Below are positions 63,271-64,000 of a stretch of 64,000 nucleotides of DNA, piece by piece; the stretch's first letter is position 1, and every line of letters starts with the position of its first letter. The notes beneath the pieces are model-generated. The model was not told the DNA's origin, did not search any database, and saw only the letters and a program-made list of their open reading frames with translations. The DNA lies in the NCBI GenBank assembly GCA_036555325.1, contig DATBLQ010000038.1, forward strand, positions 38,623-102,622. The letters run 5' to 3'. A program made the position numbers and the translations under genes. Source of the DNA: Aestuariivirgaceae bacterium (GTDB taxonomy: Bacteria > Pseudomonadota > Alphaproteobacteria > Rhizobiales > Aestuariivirgaceae).

Positions 63271-64000
63271 ATGACGCATCCATTGGACCCATTGGGCCCC
63301 GAAGAAATCGCCCGGACGGCAGACATCATCCGCAAAGAGGGAGGGCTCAGCGAACAGGCTTGGTTTGAGACCATCGCGCTTCACGAACCGGCAAAGGATG
63401 CGCTTAGGTCGGGACACACGCGTCGAGAGGCCTTTGTCTGTTGTTACGATCCGAAAAGCGGGGAGACGTGGGACGGAACCGTGGATATCGCCGGCCGGAA
63501 GACTGCGGGGTGGCATCACGTGAAGGGGGCGCAAGCACGCATCGTCGCGGATGAATTCATGATGGGCGGAGACATCGCCAAGGCCGACCCCCGGTTCATT
63601 GAGGCGTGCCGCAAGCGTGGCATCACCGACATGGGGGAGGTGCTGGTCGAGCCCTGGGCGGCGGGGCATTTCGGCGTGCCGGAGGAAGAGGGAGAGCGCC
63701 TGGCGTATGGCCATTGTTGGGTACGCAACAGCGCCGGAGACAATCCCTATGCGCGTCCCATCGGTAATCTCCATCCGGTGGTCGATCTGCGCCGCAGGAA
63801 AGTCGTTCGGGTCGATGACTTCGGCGTCGTGCCGCTGCCGCCCGAGGGCACTTCCATCGTGCACCCCAAACCGCGGACGGATTTGAAGCCCCTGGAGATC
63901 ACCCAGCCACAAGGGCCAAGCTTCACAGTGGAAGGAAATCTGGTGCGCTGGCAGAAGTGGCAGTTCCGGATCGGCTTTCACGTGCGCGATGGGCTTGTTC
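63271..64000 (+). CDS. Copper-containing primary-amine oxidase, N-terminal part (3' end outside window)
   Basis: An open frame not in the ORF track because it runs off the window. MTHPLDPLGPEEI...NPYARPIGNLHPVVDL...ITQPQGPSFTVEGNLVRWQKWQFRIGFHVRDGLV matches the N2/N3 and start of the catalytic domain of bacterial copper amine oxidases. Confidence 0.85.
   Translation, partial: MTHPLDPLGPEEIARTADIIRKEGGLSEQAWFETIALHEPAKDALRSGHTRREAFVCCYDPKSGETWDGTVDIAGRKTAGWHHVKGAQARIVADEFMMGGDIAKADPRFIEACRKRGITDMGEVLVEPWAAGHFGVPEEEGERLAYGHCWVRNSAGDNPYARPIGNLHPVVDLRRRKVVRVDDFGVVPLPPEGTSIVHPKPRTDLKPLEITQPQGPSFTVEGNLVRWQKWQFRIGFHVRDGLV

Noticed and set aside
1-64000. Searched for CRISPR arrays, tandem repeats, IS/transposase, integrase, phage, toxin-antitoxin or known defence-system genes
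   Set aside because: No regularly spaced repeats, and no ORF with transposase, recombinase, nuclease-helicase or reverse-transcriptase motifs. Every long ORF is accounted for by metabolic, transport or regulatory families.

Overview
GC-rich, densely packed segment that looks alphaproteobacterial (Rhizobiales-like), from a chromosome or megaplasmid. I call about 60 protein genes. They are mostly catabolic enzymes, LysR/GntR/TetR regulators and five ABC importers, plus one tRNA-Arg(UCG) and one TPP riboswitch. I found no IS elements, integrases, phage genes, CRISPR arrays, rRNA or recognisable defence or toxin-antitoxin genes, so this is a metabolic accessory region rather than a mobile island. 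Main modules:

(1) A 2-aminoethylphosphonate (AEP) locus at about 8.9-20.8 kb. It has two Pho-box-like sites, a PotD-type ABC importer in phnSTUV gene order, and a convergent phnW-phnA-phnY operon. That operon also carries a Na/Pi-PhoU transporter and a metallophosphoesterase, with a divergent LysR regulator.

(2) A glutamine-synthetase-like plus N-methylglutamate-synthase-like (GATase / GXGXG / FMN) cluster at 25.7-32.4 kb. It has a single DAO-family flavoprotein instead of the four-subunit dehydrogenase, plus an unknown 137-aa ORF. A GntR-EamA-PhyH unit is divergent from it.

(3) An ACAD-like / TetR / DUF2852 region and an 803-aa fusion of two DUF1989-like modules with GcvT, next to a flavin reductase.

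(4) A riboswitch-controlled thiBPQ operon with thiamine pyrophosphokinase.

(5) efp and epmA, divergent.

(6) A GntR-controlled sugar-acid-type cluster (ABM, HpcH aldolase, 2-hydroxyacid dehydrogenase, CUT1 ABC) ending in a 656-aa protein I cannot assign.

(7) An ABC system without an ATPase, followed by twin SDRs.

(8) LigD (no Ku in the window) and a partial copper amine oxidase.

The best candidates for undescribed biology are the two extra genes in the phosphonate operon, the variant gamma-glutamyl/N-alkylglutamate cluster, the DUF1989x2-GcvT fusion and the 656-aa orphan. All functional calls rest on motifs read by eye and on gene context. No database search was run.
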